DNA of 64,000 nt from an uncultured Planctomycetaceae bacterium (GCA_963815195.1 CAWFGE010000018.1:128001-192000); one strand, 5' to 3'. Positions 49,592 through 60,258 are shown, numbered from the stretch's first letter. The notes: generated from the letters alone by a model not told the origin. Numbers and translations: made by a program.

Positions 49592-51351
49592 TTACCAGCG
49601 CTGCTGGTACATCAGGTACAGCGTCTCCGCGTTGACGGCTTTGTTCGGACCCGCGGTCTTTTGCAGAAAGCCGCCGCCGTAGAGCTTGTTCCAACTGACG
49701 AGGATGTCCGAGTAGCGGGTCATGTGGAAGTTCATCACCAGATCGAACTCGTCGCCCACGTTGCTCCCCGCCCGGCCCGTCGGATCGCGGCGGTAAGCGA
49801 CGCCGCCCGCGTTGTAGAGGGCGTCCCGGCTCTCGGCGAGCCAGAAGTGATGGTACTGCAGCCACGTCGTCACCCAGGGCGTGGGATAGAGATAGAGATG
49901 GGCATTCAGGTCGTGAATGTTTTGCCGACCGACGAGATCCATCCAGCCCAAATAATAATGCCCGAAGGGGAACTGCTGGTTGAAGGTGTGCACCGTGCCG
50001 CTGTTGGGATTGTTATCGCCGCTCGCGTAGTCGTAATACAGCCAAAGCGTCGGCGTGAGTGATGCGTCCTTCCAATTGCGGCCGAGGCCCGCGGTGGCCA
50101 TGCCGGCGAGAAGATCGCTGCCGCCCTGCCGGCCCGATTGGACCGCGCCTTCCACATCCCAGAGCCAGCCGTTGTTGTCGCCCGCCCAGCGGCTGCCGAA
50201 GGTGTTCGTCTGGAAAGGCGACCGCACGATTCCCTGCTGGGCGGAGGTGTTGCTGTTGTCGTAGAGGATGTAATAAAAGTCGCGGGTTTCCCCCTTTTTC
50301 GGCCGGTAGGTCAGCCACGCCGCCGCGAAGTCCTGGTTGGGATCGGCCGTGTCGAACTGGCCGGCCTTGGGCGGAACATACTGCGTCCAGAACGCGTCGA
50401 AGTCCCACTTCTCTCCCTGGCGAAAGACCTTCACGCCTTCGAACGTGTGCCGCTTGTTGGCCCAAGGCAAGGGCGTGATCAACCGCTGCGAACCATAGAG
50501 AAGCTCCTGCCGGCCGCCGCGGACAAACACCGGCTTGCCTTGGAAATCGAATAGCTTCAAATCCACAAACAAGTTCTGAAGGTCGCCGCGGTCGACGTCC
50601 GGCGGCACGGGGCGAAGCTCTTCTCCAAAGCTGTCGGCCCAGATGTATTCGCCATAAACCCGGAGCCAATCGCTGTACCACACGTCGCCGTAAAGCCGAA
50701 CGTGGCTGAGCGTGTAATTGTTATGGGTCGTGGTGAGCCGGCTGTTGGTCTCGTTCGAGTAGCGAAGCCAAGCCTCGCCGCCCGTACTGAAAAGCCAGCA
50801 ATCGTTCCAATGGATCCGCTTGAGCGTTTCGACGAAGGTGCGGTCTTGCGGCGGAATGCTTTCGACATACCGCCAGTCGGCGTCGAAGAACGGCCAGGCA
50901 TTGACGCAAAACGGAGCATAGCCGGATTTGGGCATCGCCGGTGCTTGCGGTTCGTCAGGCAGTCAAGTGCCGAGTAATAATTGAGGCCCTGCGTCGGCGG
51001 GACGGGAAAAATGCCCGGGCGGGGCATGGGATGGATCGTGGCGGGATACTTCGACCAATCGATCAGTTTGCCGTGGCAGCAAGTCTTATAAGGCACCTGG
51101 GACTTGGCCCTTTGGCAGTTCGGGCAATCGCAGGGCGTTTGTTGCGATGGGCCGAACGGTTCCGGCAGCGGCTTGTAGAGGGACGGCTCGCTCGCAGGAC
51201 CGTCCGTTCCCGTGTTGGCGTCAGCATCCGCCGGCGCGGAAGGCGTTTCGAGAGACTCCTGAGCAAATGTCAAAAGAGGCGCGGCCAAAAACGCAGCCAG
51301 CGCCCCGGCAATCCATGAAGATCGCATTGAGGCAAATCCCGCCATGAGCAT
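49592..51351 (-). CDS. Alginate export family outer-membrane beta-barrel protein (frameshift ~50940)
   Basis: VRGGRQELLYGSQRLI, YDYASGD, TFNQQFPFGHYYLGWMD..GRQNI, C-terminal YQQRW; signal peptide in ORF 50557..51351. Confidence 0.85.
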
Positions 51352-51486
51352 TACTCCCTGTGGATATAAATAACACGAGAAGCGCTGCTCGACCCTAGGG
51401 GTCCTTCATCGACGAGGACTCGTGACGGTCTCAAGCATTTTTTCAGGCGGGGCGGTCAGGGAAACTGGCGAAGCTTTGCCGGTTTG

Positions 51487-52424
51487 TCAGACCGGTGCTT
51501 TTTCCACGGCGTCTTGGGGCGGATTGGACGCCGGTTCGTCTTCCTCCTTTTGCACAAGGGCGCGGCGTTTCTTCCAATTGAGTTCCGCCGCCAACGCCAC
51601 CGGGCCCACGAGGAACAGCGCGTAATACGGAGCGTGGATCACTTCGTTCAGCCGCAAGAGCATTTCCACAACCGCCACCAGAAACACCACCAGGCATTGG
51701 CCCCATTTCGTGCTCACGGTCGTCCGCGGATCGGTGATCATGAAGAACACGAACAGTTGATACATCGGCCCCGTCAACGGCGCCACACTCGCCAGGAACG
51801 GGCTCCCGGTAATCAGGCTCCGCAAACCGGACAGCGCGACGAAGGACAGCACGTAAGTCAGGCAGATGTGGAACCGTTTGAGCCGGCTGATAATCAGCGT
51901 CCCCAAACACCAGATCACAATCATCGCCCACACCGAATTGCCCCATTGAATGCTCAAGGGAGCCACCGCGGCCGCGTACAGAAACAGCATCGCGCTCACG
52001 CCGAAGTTGGACGGGTTCCACAAATGCCGATTCTGCCAGCGGAGCACATACTTGGAGAGGATCGACAGCGCCGAACACAGCGCATAAGGCCAGAACAGCG
52101 GCGAGCGGAGCAGAATCCCCACGCTGATCCCGGAGATATAGGCGCTCGCCAGATGCGGGAACTTCCCGGCGATGAATCGCCCCAAGACCAGTTCGCAGGC
52201 GATCGACGTGGCAATCGCCAACAGCGTCCGCGTCCAACTTTCCAGCACACCGAAGGTGAGTTGGCTCACGAGCAGAATGCACGTAATCAGCCCCGGCGCC
52301 AAATAGCGGTTTTCGAGGCTGAAGAAATTCTTGGCGCCCCGGCCTTCACCGGTTGGCCGGCGGTCGATGCTGGTGCGGTCGTCATGGTTTGTTCCGCGCG
52401 AGGTTGGTTGATGGTGTCGCTCAT
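51487..52424 (-). CDS. RnfD/NqrB-like membrane protein (enediyne UnbU-like), frameshift ~52340
   Basis: SAYISGISVGILLR, SKYVLR...HLWNPSNFG, FFMITDPRTT; the ATG at 52424 overlaps the upstream TGA (ATGA) but is out of frame by one base. Confidence 0.8.
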
Positions 52425-54217
52425 TTCGGCTCCTGGATTTTATGGATCCGGTCGGGTTCCGGATGTTCGATGACCTGCTCCTTTCCGGAGGGCCAGCGAA
52501 TCGTGACTTTGTCGATGTCTTTATGCTGACCCAGTCCGAAGTGCAGCCGGCGTTGATTCTCCGCGGCATAACCGCTGGCGGCGACGAGTTCCTGGAGCTG
52601 CTGCTGATCGTTCCAGAACACCCGAACCTGGGCCCCGATGGCGCTTTTGTTGCTGCGCGTGCCTTCGAGTTCAAAATCGATCCAATGCCGATCCTGGGCC
52701 ACCTGGTTTTTGTACAAAAGCAACGGCCCGCGCTGGTTGGCGACCAACACGTCGAGGACGCCGCGATTTCCCAAATCGGCCAAGGCCACGGCCCGGCCGT
52801 CCAGCTTGTCGGTCGCCCCCACGAACTGGGCCACATCCTGAAACTGCCCGGCCCCGTTGTTGAGCCAGACCCGCTTCGACTGATGCCCCGCCAGGCTCCG
52901 GCCCTTCATCGCCGGCCAGTTCTTGGCATCGGAAATAATCCGCGAATGCCCGCCGGTGATCTCGGAAAAATCGTACCAATAGTCCGTGCCCTCGTCGCCG
53001 GAGACGTAGCCGTTGGTGAGATACAGATCGACAAAGCCATCGTTATTGAGGTCGCCGAACTGCGCCCCGAAGCTCCACCCGCCGAGCTCGATGCCCATCA
53101 CCGATGCGAGGTTTTCGTAACGGGGCGATTCCTCGTCGCCGGGAAACCAAAGGTTGTTCCCCTGGAGGAGCACGCCTTCTTCGGAGATGTTCGTCTCATA
53201 AATCGCGAGCCGGCCTTGATTGAGCACATCGCCGACCGCGGCGTTCATGCCGCTCTTGGGGGCATAACCCACGCCGCTTTCTTTGCCGATCTCGCGAAAC
53301 CGCCGGCCGCCGTCGTTCAGAAACATTTCCGAAACGCCGTAGTCGTTCGCGAGAAACAGATCCGGAAACGCGTCGTTATTGAAGTCCGCCGAGACGACGG
53401 CGAGCGTCCACCGCCGGCTGTCGATGCCGGCTTTCGCGGTCACATCCTCAAACCGCCCGCCGCCTTTGTTTCGGAGCAGCCACTTTCGGCCGCCGTTGTT
53501 GGCGTATTCAAAACTCTCCGGCATGATTCGCGTATGCTCAAGTTTCTCCAGCCGCACATCGTCCGGCCAATAGCCCGCGAGGAACAGATCGATCCAGCCG
53601 TCGCGGTCGTAATCCAGCCAGGTTGCGGCCCCGGCGTTCGACCACTCGGGCATTCCCGCCGACTCGGTGATCCTTTCAAAACCTTTGCCCGCTTGATTGC
53701 GAAACAGCTCCACCGTGCCCCACTTGTAAACGAGCACATCTTCGTAGCCGTCGTTGTCGATGTCGGCCCAGACGGAGCCCATCGAAGCCCCGCTGCCCGG
53801 CTCGTTGAGCTTCGCGAGGCCTATCTCCACGGCGACATCATCGAACGTGCCGTCCTGCTGATTGCGGTACAGCCGATTCAAACTGCCGGGCGCACTGTTG
53901 GTGACGTAGAAATCCTGCCAGCCGTCGCGGTCGAAATCCACGATGCTGACGCTGGCCCCCATCGCCGCGATCTGCGGGCCGATGTGTTCGAGCCGGGCGT
54001 CGATCCGCGGCTCCTTGTGCACAAAATCGATCCCGGCTTTTTTCGCCGATTCGTGCAGCACGAACCCGTAGCGGTCGAGCAGCTCCTTGACCTCTGCCGG
54101 CGATTTGGTCGAAGCGGGCGCGCTTTCCTGCGAACGAAGCCGCAGGTAAACCCACGGTCCGACCAACAGGCCGAGGAACACGATCGTCAGAATCTTGCGT
54201 TTGGTCTCTAGGGTCAT
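52421..54217 (-). CDS. CRTAC1/ASPIC-UnbV family protein (FG-GAP propeller + ASPIC/UnbV domain)
   Basis: DFDRDGWQDFYVTN, D.DNDG..D, DFNNDAFPDLFLANDYG, GMNAAVGD, GWSFGAQFGDLNNDG; SN.SAIGA.V...SGY..EN..RLHFGLG...IRWPSG. Confidence 0.9.
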   Translation of the reverse strand: MTLETKRKILTIVFLGLLVGPWVYLRLRSQESAPASTKSPAEVKELLDRYGFVLHESAKKAGIDFVHKEPRIDARLEHIGPQIAAMGASVSIVDFDRDGWQDFYVTNSAPGSLNRLYRNQQDGTFDDVAVEIGLAKLNEPGSGASMGSVWADIDNDGYEDVLVYKWGTVELFRNQAGKGFERITESAGMPEWSNAGAATWLDYDRDGWIDLFLAGYWPDDVRLEKLEHTRIMPESFEYANNGGRKWLLRNKGGGRFEDVTAKAGIDSRRWTLAVVSADFNNDAFPDLFLANDYGVSEMFLNDGGRRFREIGKESGVGYAPKSGMNAAVGDVLNQGRLAIYETNISEEGVLLQGNNLWFPGDEESPRYENLASVMGIELGGWSFGAQFGDLNNDGFVDLYLTNGYVSGDEGTDYWYDFSEITGGHSRIISDAKNWPAMKGRSLAGHQSKRVWLNNGAGQFQDVAQFVGATDKLDGRAVALADLGNRGVLDVLVANQRGPLLLYKNQVAQDRHWIDFELEGTRSNKSAIGAQVRVFWNDQQQLQELVAASGYAAENQRRLHFGLGQHKDIDKVTIRWPSGKEQVIEHPEPDRIHKIQEPK

Positions 54218-57200
54218 CGCTTCGTTTCTCCGGTCAATGTCCGCCCGTTCGCCCGCCAGAGCGTCTGCTGAAATCGGCGGGGCGTGATGTATCTTGTGTG
54301 ATAGGTTTGCCAGTCTTCGGGATGTTTGCGGTAAACCGGATCCTCGGCGAGCGGCAGAAGCGGCCCGGCATAGTCCTTCTGGTCATGCGCCGGCAGCGGG
54401 CGGACCCATTGGGAAAACGCCGTGTTAAAGTCGCCATCCTTCACCCAGCCGTCGCCGACCAGAACAAAATCGCGAGTCCAACCCGCGGGCGGATCGGTTT
54501 GCTTTTCAAACTCGAACGCCAACTCATCGCCTGCGTTCATGATGACGTAGCGGTCATCGACGTTCGCCAACAGTTCCCGCACATCGCCGAAGCGCGTGTA
54601 AAACCCTTCGAGATCCGCCCAGAGCTGCCCGGAGGCGCGGGCTTCATAAATCGGCGTGTCGGGACGCAGGCGATCCGTGGGCCGAAGCTTCGAATAGCCG
54701 CGCTGCCGCAATTCCGCGGTATGTGTTGGCAACTTTGTAATGATCGGCTCGGTATCTTCAACCTGATAACTCCAGCCGAGGAAGTCCCAATAGACTTCCA
54801 TATTCGTTCGCAGCCGAAATCTTCGCGAAACGCCCAGCGACTGCGGAGGCAGTTCAATCACAACGTCTTTGTTCTTCCCGGCGGGGAATCCCAGGTTGTC
54901 CCGCAGCGGTTCCCAGACGCCTGCCGGATTTTTCTGTTCGAGGACGAGTCCATAAGGCTTCGCCGTGCCGCCTTGGCTGATCGCCACGTTGATGGAACTA
55001 TCCGTCGGATAAATCCACCCATGTCCCACGATCAGCACCGGCCGCTCGGCGGACACCTGGGACGGAATTTCAAACTCGACCCAATGCTCTTCCGCCACGC
55101 CTTGGTACTCGCCCAAGGCAAAACTGTCTACATATCGGCCGTCGACGGCTTGGAGCTTTTCGTCCAATTTGTTTCCGCGATGATCGGAGACGTTCAATAG
55201 CGGCTGCGGTTTCGTTGTCGCGACGACTTTTTGAGCCGGGCTCTCGTTGGGCACGAACCGCTCATCGACATAAACTTCCACATCCGCCGGGTGATCGACC
55301 GCCAAAAGCGAAACGTGATCGAAGAAATGCGTCTCCCAAAGCTCGGCGGTGATCCGCACCGGATAGCGGCCGGCTTTCGCGGCGAGGCGGCCGCCGGGAA
55401 TCTTGATCCAATCCTCGGTCTGCGCGACGCCCGCCGTCGCCTGGGCGTTGATCCGCAGCCCCAACGGAGACCGCCAGATGAAGTCCTTGATGAAGCGAAA
55501 CTTCTCGCCGTCGAAGGCAAACACCCACGGGCAAGAGCCTTTGAGCCGCTGCGTCGCCACCGTCGCCTCGCCGGTTTTGAGATCGAACTCGGCTTGAAAT
55601 ACGCCGTTGGGCCAGACGAAGCGGGCCACGTCCGCTTGTTTGTGCCGGCCCAAGCCAAAGTGCACGCGGGGCGATTGGATCGCGGCCGCCTCGACCAGAT
55701 TGCCCGCGCGGATCTCAATCCGCCCGCCGATGCCGAACGAATTGATCCGCCTGTCACCGGCTCCGGTGTTCGCTTTGGGTTCGATGACAAGCCAACCATA
55801 ATCGGCCGGGCTTTGATTGACCGCCGTCACGCCGGCGTTTTCCGACATCCCCACCAGATCCAAAAGCCCATCCCCGTTGACATCGCCGATCGAAGTCACG
55901 CGAAGCTGCGGCGATCCGCCGAGCTTGCTCCAAGACCCATCTGACCCGCGGAGCCAGATGCCCGTTTCGTTTTTCACCCCCGCAATAACGTCCACGCCGC
56001 CGTTATTGTCCACATCCGCCACGGCGAGAAATACCTCTCCCGGCTTCGCATTCGCCAGGGATTTTTGCGGCCACGTTGTCAACGGCGACTCTTTCCACTG
56101 GCCTTCATCGGCCCAGGTCGCCAATCGCAATTCGCCCGACTTTGTTAGCGATACTAGATCGAACTGCCCATCGCGATCGGCATCGCCTAGCGCAATCGCC
56201 AGCCTGGGCTGCTCATGCTCGAGCGCGCTTCCCGTGAAATTTCCGCCTCGATCGTTCCGCCAGATGGAAATGGCTCCCGCGGCATCGAGCGTGACGAGAT
56301 CGATGTCGCCGTCGCCGTCGAGATCGACCGCCCGCAGATCGCGGACATTTTTCGCGGGGATGAAACTGTCCATCGCGGTGAAAGTCAGGTCGCCGTTGTT
56401 GCGGATCCAACGGAGGGGAGACCGGTCATCGGACAAGAGCAAATCCAGATCGCCGTCGGCTTCGACATCCACAGCCCACACCGCCCGCCAGGATTGATCG
56501 AATTCTTTGAGCTCAGGTTGCTTGGGAGCGAAGGAACCGTCTTCCTGCCCGAGGAAGATCCGCAAACCTTTCTCGCCGACTAAAACCAGGTCTTCGCGGA
56601 AATCGAAATTCAAATCCAGGGCGGCGATGCTTGCAGAATCGGCGTTCGTCGTGGATCCTGGAAAGGGCAGCGCGGCCGAACTCTTCGTGTGAAGCGAATT
56701 GCCGGACAGCGACAAAAGGGTCGAGCTTCGCTTCCCGGATTGCTCCACAGCCAGAACGAGGTCCGGCCGCGCTGCTTTTTCAGAAGTCTCTTTAAGATCA
56801 AACGCCAATTTGAGATCGGCATCCGCGACCTGGGCGGGCGGAAACTCCAGACGCAAAAACGACCGCAGCGGCGTCCCGATTTCTCCCGCATCCCCGATCC
56901 CCAAAGCCGCGATGCTTTCTTGATAGGCGGGCGTGGGCTTCAATACGTTTTCAAAGAACGTCAGCGACAACGCCGCCTTGCGAAAATCCCCGCCCTGCGC
57001 CGCTTGATCCGCATCCGCCAATTTCTGCCGGGCCAGTTCGGGCCATTGATCACGATCATCCAGCAGCGAATCGAGCGACTTCCGCAGAACATCCCCCTGT
57101 TTGAGCGTCGCGGCGAGCCGGGCCTGTTCCGCGCGAACCCGCAGGTTCTCCGGGGCGTATTTCAGAACGTCCGACAGCAGATCGAGCCGCTCTTCCTCGG

Positions 57201-57714
57201 CCGCGCCACTTTGAACCTGCCCCAGAAGCTGCGTCAGCGAATAGGTGGCGGCGATGTTCTTCGGCCAGATTTGATGCACCTTGCGAAGCTGCTCGATTGC
57301 CTTTTCGATCTCGCCCGAGTGTTCATGGACCTCCGCTTGAAGAAGCGCCACTTCGCGAGAATCGGCCGCCAGAGCCTGGGCCTTGTTGAGCGCCTCCTGG
57401 GCCGGTTGCATCTGCCGCAACCGCATCTCGGTGACCGCCAGGTTCGCCCACAAGGCCGGCTCGCGAGGCTCGGCCGCGACCGCTTTCTTCAATTGCGCGG
57501 CGGCGAGCTGGTTCGATCCGACATCGAGCGCCGCCAACGACGTATAGAACTCCGAGACCACCTCTTCCCCGACGACCTCTTTTTCGGGAGCGGGTTTTTG
57601 ATCTCCGTCCCGAACGAACACCCAGTAACCGACGCCAAATGCAACGACCAACACGATCGCGACGACGCTCGCGATCAATAGGAATCGTTGCGTGCTCTTC
57701 GGTGTTTCGTTCAT
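54214..57714 (-). CDS. TPR + FG-GAP + ASPIC/UnbV multidomain membrane-anchored protein
   Basis: N-terminal TM, TPR-like helices, D.DGDGD.D repeats, NSFGIGGRIEI...VHFGLG...VWPNG, then LKGSCP and a long C-terminal domain (EL.E..FFD, GWVKDGD.NT). Confidence 0.88.
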   Translation of the reverse strand: MNETPKSTQRFLLIASVVAIVLVVAFGVGYWVFVRDGDQKPAPEKEVVGEEVVSEFYTSLAALDVGSNQLAAAQLKKAVAAEPREPALWANLAVTEMRLRQMQPAQEALNKAQALAADSREVALLQAEVHEHSGEIEKAIEQLRKVHQIWPKNIAATYSLTQLLGQVQSGAAEEERLDLLSDVLKYAPENLRVRAEQARLAATLKQGDVLRKSLDSLLDDRDQWPELARQKLADADQAAQGGDFRKAALSLTFFENVLKPTPAYQESIAALGIGDAGEIGTPLRSFLRLEFPPAQVADADLKLAFDLKETSEKAARPDLVLAVEQSGKRSSTLLSLSGNSLHTKSSAALPFPGSTTNADSASIAALDLNFDFREDLVLVGEKGLRIFLGQEDGSFAPKQPELKEFDQSWRAVWAVDVEADGDLDLLLSDDRSPLRWIRNNGDLTFTAMDSFIPAKNVRDLRAVDLDGDGDIDLVTLDAAGAISIWRNDRGGNFTGSALEHEQPRLAIALGDADRDGQFDLVSLTKSGELRLATWADEGQWKESPLTTWPQKSLANAKPGEVFLAVADVDNNGGVDVIAGVKNETGIWLRGSDGSWSKLGGSPQLRVTSIGDVNGDGLLDLVGMSENAGVTAVNQSPADYGWLVIEPKANTGAGDRRINSFGIGGRIEIRAGNLVEAAAIQSPRVHFGLGRHKQADVARFVWPNGVFQAEFDLKTGEATVATQRLKGSCPWVFAFDGEKFRFIKDFIWRSPLGLRINAQATAGVAQTEDWIKIPGGRLAAKAGRYPVRITAELWETHFFDHVSLLAVDHPADVEVYVDERFVPNESPAQKVVATTKPQPLLNVSDHRGNKLDEKLQAVDGRYVDSFALGEYQGVAEEHWVEFEIPSQVSAERPVLIVGHGWIYPTDSSINVAISQGGTAKPYGLVLEQKNPAGVWEPLRDNLGFPAGKNKDVVIELPPQSLGVSRRFRLRTNMEVYWDFLGWSYQVEDTEPIITKLPTHTAELRQRGYSKLRPTDRLRPDTPIYEARASGQLWADLEGFYTRFGDVRELLANVDDRYVIMNAGDELAFEFEKQTDPPAGWTRDFVLVGDGWVKDGDFNTAFSQWVRPLPAHDQKDYAGPLLPLAEDPVYRKHPEDWQTYHTRYITPRRFQQTLWRANGRTLTGETKR

Positions 57715-58325
57715 GGGGCATCATCCATTCTGCTGTCCGCCGGTTGCGGTGTTTTCCGCGAAAGGGCTTCTCCGGAATCCGCGGCCGCGAGAAGCCGTTG
57801 ACGCCGGCGAATCATCGCAAACACCCAAAACCCGCCCAGAAACGCAAAGGGAAACAGATAGATCACAAAGTCCCAGGTCCCGTAGCCCGGCGGCGTGGAT
57901 TCGATTTCCGTCGTCAACTCCGCCATCTTGCCGCCGGGCGGCGTGACTTGAAAACCGACCGTCCAGAAATCGCGCTGATCGAAATAAGGCTCGGCTTTGA
58001 ACTCGACCTGGTTTTTCAGATCCTCCTGCTTCGCGTCATAGGTCGCCCGCTCGAGCCGGCCGCTTTTCGGTTCGGTCCACATCGAGACCTCGGGAATCTC
58101 ATCCGGCACTTTGCCTTCCAGGGATTTGATTATGATAAAAAACCTCGCGTCGCCGATGTCCGGATCCGCATAGACCGAAACCGTATAGCCTGCGAGCGGC
58201 TTGTCCATCAGGATCGGAAACGGCGGCCCTTCGTGCGCGAACGCGGTCTCCGTCCCAACGAGAACAGCGATCACCAAGAGGATCAAACGAACGATCGGCT
58301 TGCTTCGTGTGAAGAATGAAATCAT
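57711..58325 (-). CDS. Exported membrane-anchored protein with predicted mature N-terminal His
   Basis: Signal peptide ending AFA|HEGPPFP; C-terminal TM followed by RRR. Confidence 0.8.
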   Translation of the reverse strand: MISFFTRSKPIVRLILLVIAVLVGTETAFAHEGPPFPILMDKPLAGYTVSVYADPDIGDARFFIIIKSLEGKVPDEIPEVSMWTEPKSGRLERATYDAKQEDLKNQVEFKAEPYFDQRDFWTVGFQVTPPGGKMAELTTEIESTPPGYGTWDFVIYLFPFAFLGGFWVFAMIRRRQRLLAAADSGEALSRKTPQPADSRMDDAP

Positions 58326-58326
58326 C

Positions 58327-59841
58327 TCAAGCTCCCAGGAATGTGCCGCGCATGTCCATGGGCTGGTTCATAATCCACACGGCGGAGACGAACAGCACGA
58401 CGTGCAAAACGGCCCAAGGCCAAAAGCCCGCCCCGCCGCGCTGGGGCGAACGGTCCCGCGCGAGGCACCACGCCGTCATCAACGAGCCCAGAAGCCCGAG
58501 GCTCATCAATCCAATCTCCATGGGATACACGATCGAATCCGGCAGCCCGCCCAACCGCCACAGCGGTTCGCCCAACACCGCCGTTCCGAATGCTTTCAGC
58601 GCCGCGTTCTGGGCGACGGGGATAATCGTCAAACAGCCCGTGAAGAAGTGAAATCCATAATGCGCGAGCCAGACGCCGAACCCGATGGGGAGCAACGACC
58701 GGGCAAAGCGGTTGATGATCGCCAGCAACGATTCCTCGGAGCCGGTGAGTCGCCGGGTGAGGAAGGCCGCGGTCGTCAGCAGAATCGCGGGCTCCAAGAT
58801 CAGGCCGACCGAAAACAGGCTGCCGAGGATCGGCCATTCGACGGTGAGTCCCGTCGCGTTTGCGATCCCTTGCTCCACCACGTAGACCGGGCTGGTCATC
58901 GCGAACGCATTGAGCAGCGCACCGAACGTAAACAGCACGGCGAGGGCGGTGAAATCGAATCGGCGTTCGATCGTGCCCAGCCCCGACCGCGTGCCGCTTT
59001 CCGTCAGTTCCTCGGCCGGCAAGCGGGCCAAAACGCCGACGTTGTCGTGCGGGCAGGCATACACGCAGTCCAGGCAGAACGTGCAGTCGAGGTTTCCGAC
59101 TTTCCGCGGCTGAAACAGGGCCAGTTCGCAGCCGCGCTGAATGATCGGCAACTCGTTCGCTTCGTTTGCCTCAGCGTTCGTATCCGACGAAGCGCGAACG
59201 CCGCGGATGCAATCTTTCGTTCGGCAATGGGTGCAAACATCCGCATCCCGCACCGCCACTTCCAAGGGCGACATGGTCGAGCTCAAAAAATTAAACTGTC
59301 CGACCGGACACACGTATTTGCAAAACGCCGCCCGGTGAAACACCGCATCGACAACAAGAGCCGCCGCGAAATAGCCCACGATCAACACGCCGGTCCAATA
59401 AGGGTTGGACCAAAAGTCGAACAGCTCATACGCAAACAGCACCAGAACGAACATCGCGATCGCCAGCCATTTGTTTCGCAGACGGCGGGGCCATTCCCAG
59501 CGGGGCTTAAAGAACCTCCGGGCCAATTCGCGGGGCAGCATGAACGGGCACGCCATGCAGAACAGGTTCCCCGCCAGCAACAGCACGACGACAACCATGC
59601 CCCGAAAATGCACCCATGTCAGAAGGGCCGCGAGGTTTTTGGGCGCCTCTTCCGGGCCCCAGAACGCGTGGGCGATCATCAGCAGGCTGAGCAACAACAG
59701 CGGGACCTGCAGCACCGTCCGCGACCACCGCCAGCGCAAAAACCGCCCCAGCCCCGGCACGCGCAAGAGGTCGAAGGAAGTCCCCGGACCCGAGCCGCGC
59801 GGCGGCCTGGCCTGTGAACTTCGCCGATCTTCCACTGCCAT
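58327..59841 (-). CDS. Membrane polyferredoxin (NapH/MauN/CcoG/NosR-like 4Fe-4S binding protein)
   Basis: GNLFCMACP, RAAFCKYVCP, CTHCRTKDC...GC, DCTFCLDCVYACP, ~9 TM helices; start MAVEDRR at 59841. Confidence 0.88.
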   Translation of the reverse strand: MAVEDRRSSQARPPRGSGPGTSFDLLRVPGLGRFLRWRWSRTVLQVPLLLLSLLMIAHAFWGPEEAPKNLAALLTWVHFRGMVVVVLLLAGNLFCMACPFMLPRELARRFFKPRWEWPRRLRNKWLAIAMFVLVLFAYELFDFWSNPYWTGVLIVGYFAAALVVDAVFHRAAFCKYVCPVGQFNFLSSTMSPLEVAVRDADVCTHCRTKDCIRGVRASSDTNAEANEANELPIIQRGCELALFQPRKVGNLDCTFCLDCVYACPHDNVGVLARLPAEELTESGTRSGLGTIERRFDFTALAVLFTFGALLNAFAMTSPVYVVEQGIANATGLTVEWPILGSLFSVGLILEPAILLTTAAFLTRRLTGSEESLLAIINRFARSLLPIGFGVWLAHYGFHFFTGCLTIIPVAQNAALKAFGTAVLGEPLWRLGGLPDSIVYPMEIGLMSLGLLGSLMTAWCLARDRSPQRGGAGFWPWAVLHVVLFVSAVWIMNQPMDMRGTFLGA

Positions 59842-59843
59842 CG

Positions 59844-60233
59844 TCACTGGGCTTTCACTCCCGGCACGTCGATCTTTCGCTCGACGGCCTTTCCATCGGA
59901 CGTTTTCGCCGAGACCAGAATAAACCAGTCTCCGCCCATCGTAAACTCGAGCGTCCCCGCGTAACGTCCCGGTTCGGTTTCTTTCAAATCCGCAAACGAA
60001 GGCTTCATGCCCGCGTGGTTCATATTGCCTTCCACCTGGACCGTCGCCCCCTCGAGCGGCGCCCCTTGGGCATGCGTGAGGTTCAGCGTCAGATGATTCT
60101 CGCCCACGACCGGCGGGTCGGGATCGAGCGCCAACTCCGCCTTCACATCCGGCGAATCGGACGGAGCCGAATGGCAACCCCCCACGAAGAGCAAGAACGC
60201 CCCGGCACACAGTCCTACGATCAAACCTTTCAA
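59844..60233 (-). CDS. YtkA/FixH-like lipoprotein
   Basis: TTG start after GAAGGAGG; VGG|C lipobox; G.PLEGA.V.VEGNMNHAGM.P...E..PGRY....F.MGGDW. Confidence 0.85.
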   Translation of the reverse strand: MKGLIVGLCAGAFLLFVGGCHSAPSDSPDVKAELALDPDPPVVGENHLTLNLTHAQGAPLEGATVQVEGNMNHAGMKPSFADLKETEPGRYAGTLEFTMGGDWFILVSAKTSDGKAVERKIDVPGVKAQ

Positions 60234-60258
60234 AACAGCCTCCTTCCCGCGGTTCGGT

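Noticed and set aside
51487..52424. Rnf or Na-NQR respiratory complex
   Set aside because: Only a D/B-like subunit is present; none of the other subunits is adjacent.
51487..57714. Enediyne biosynthetic gene cluster
   Set aside because: UnbV/UnbU-like genes are present, but there is no PKSE, thioesterase or UnbL-like gene in the window.
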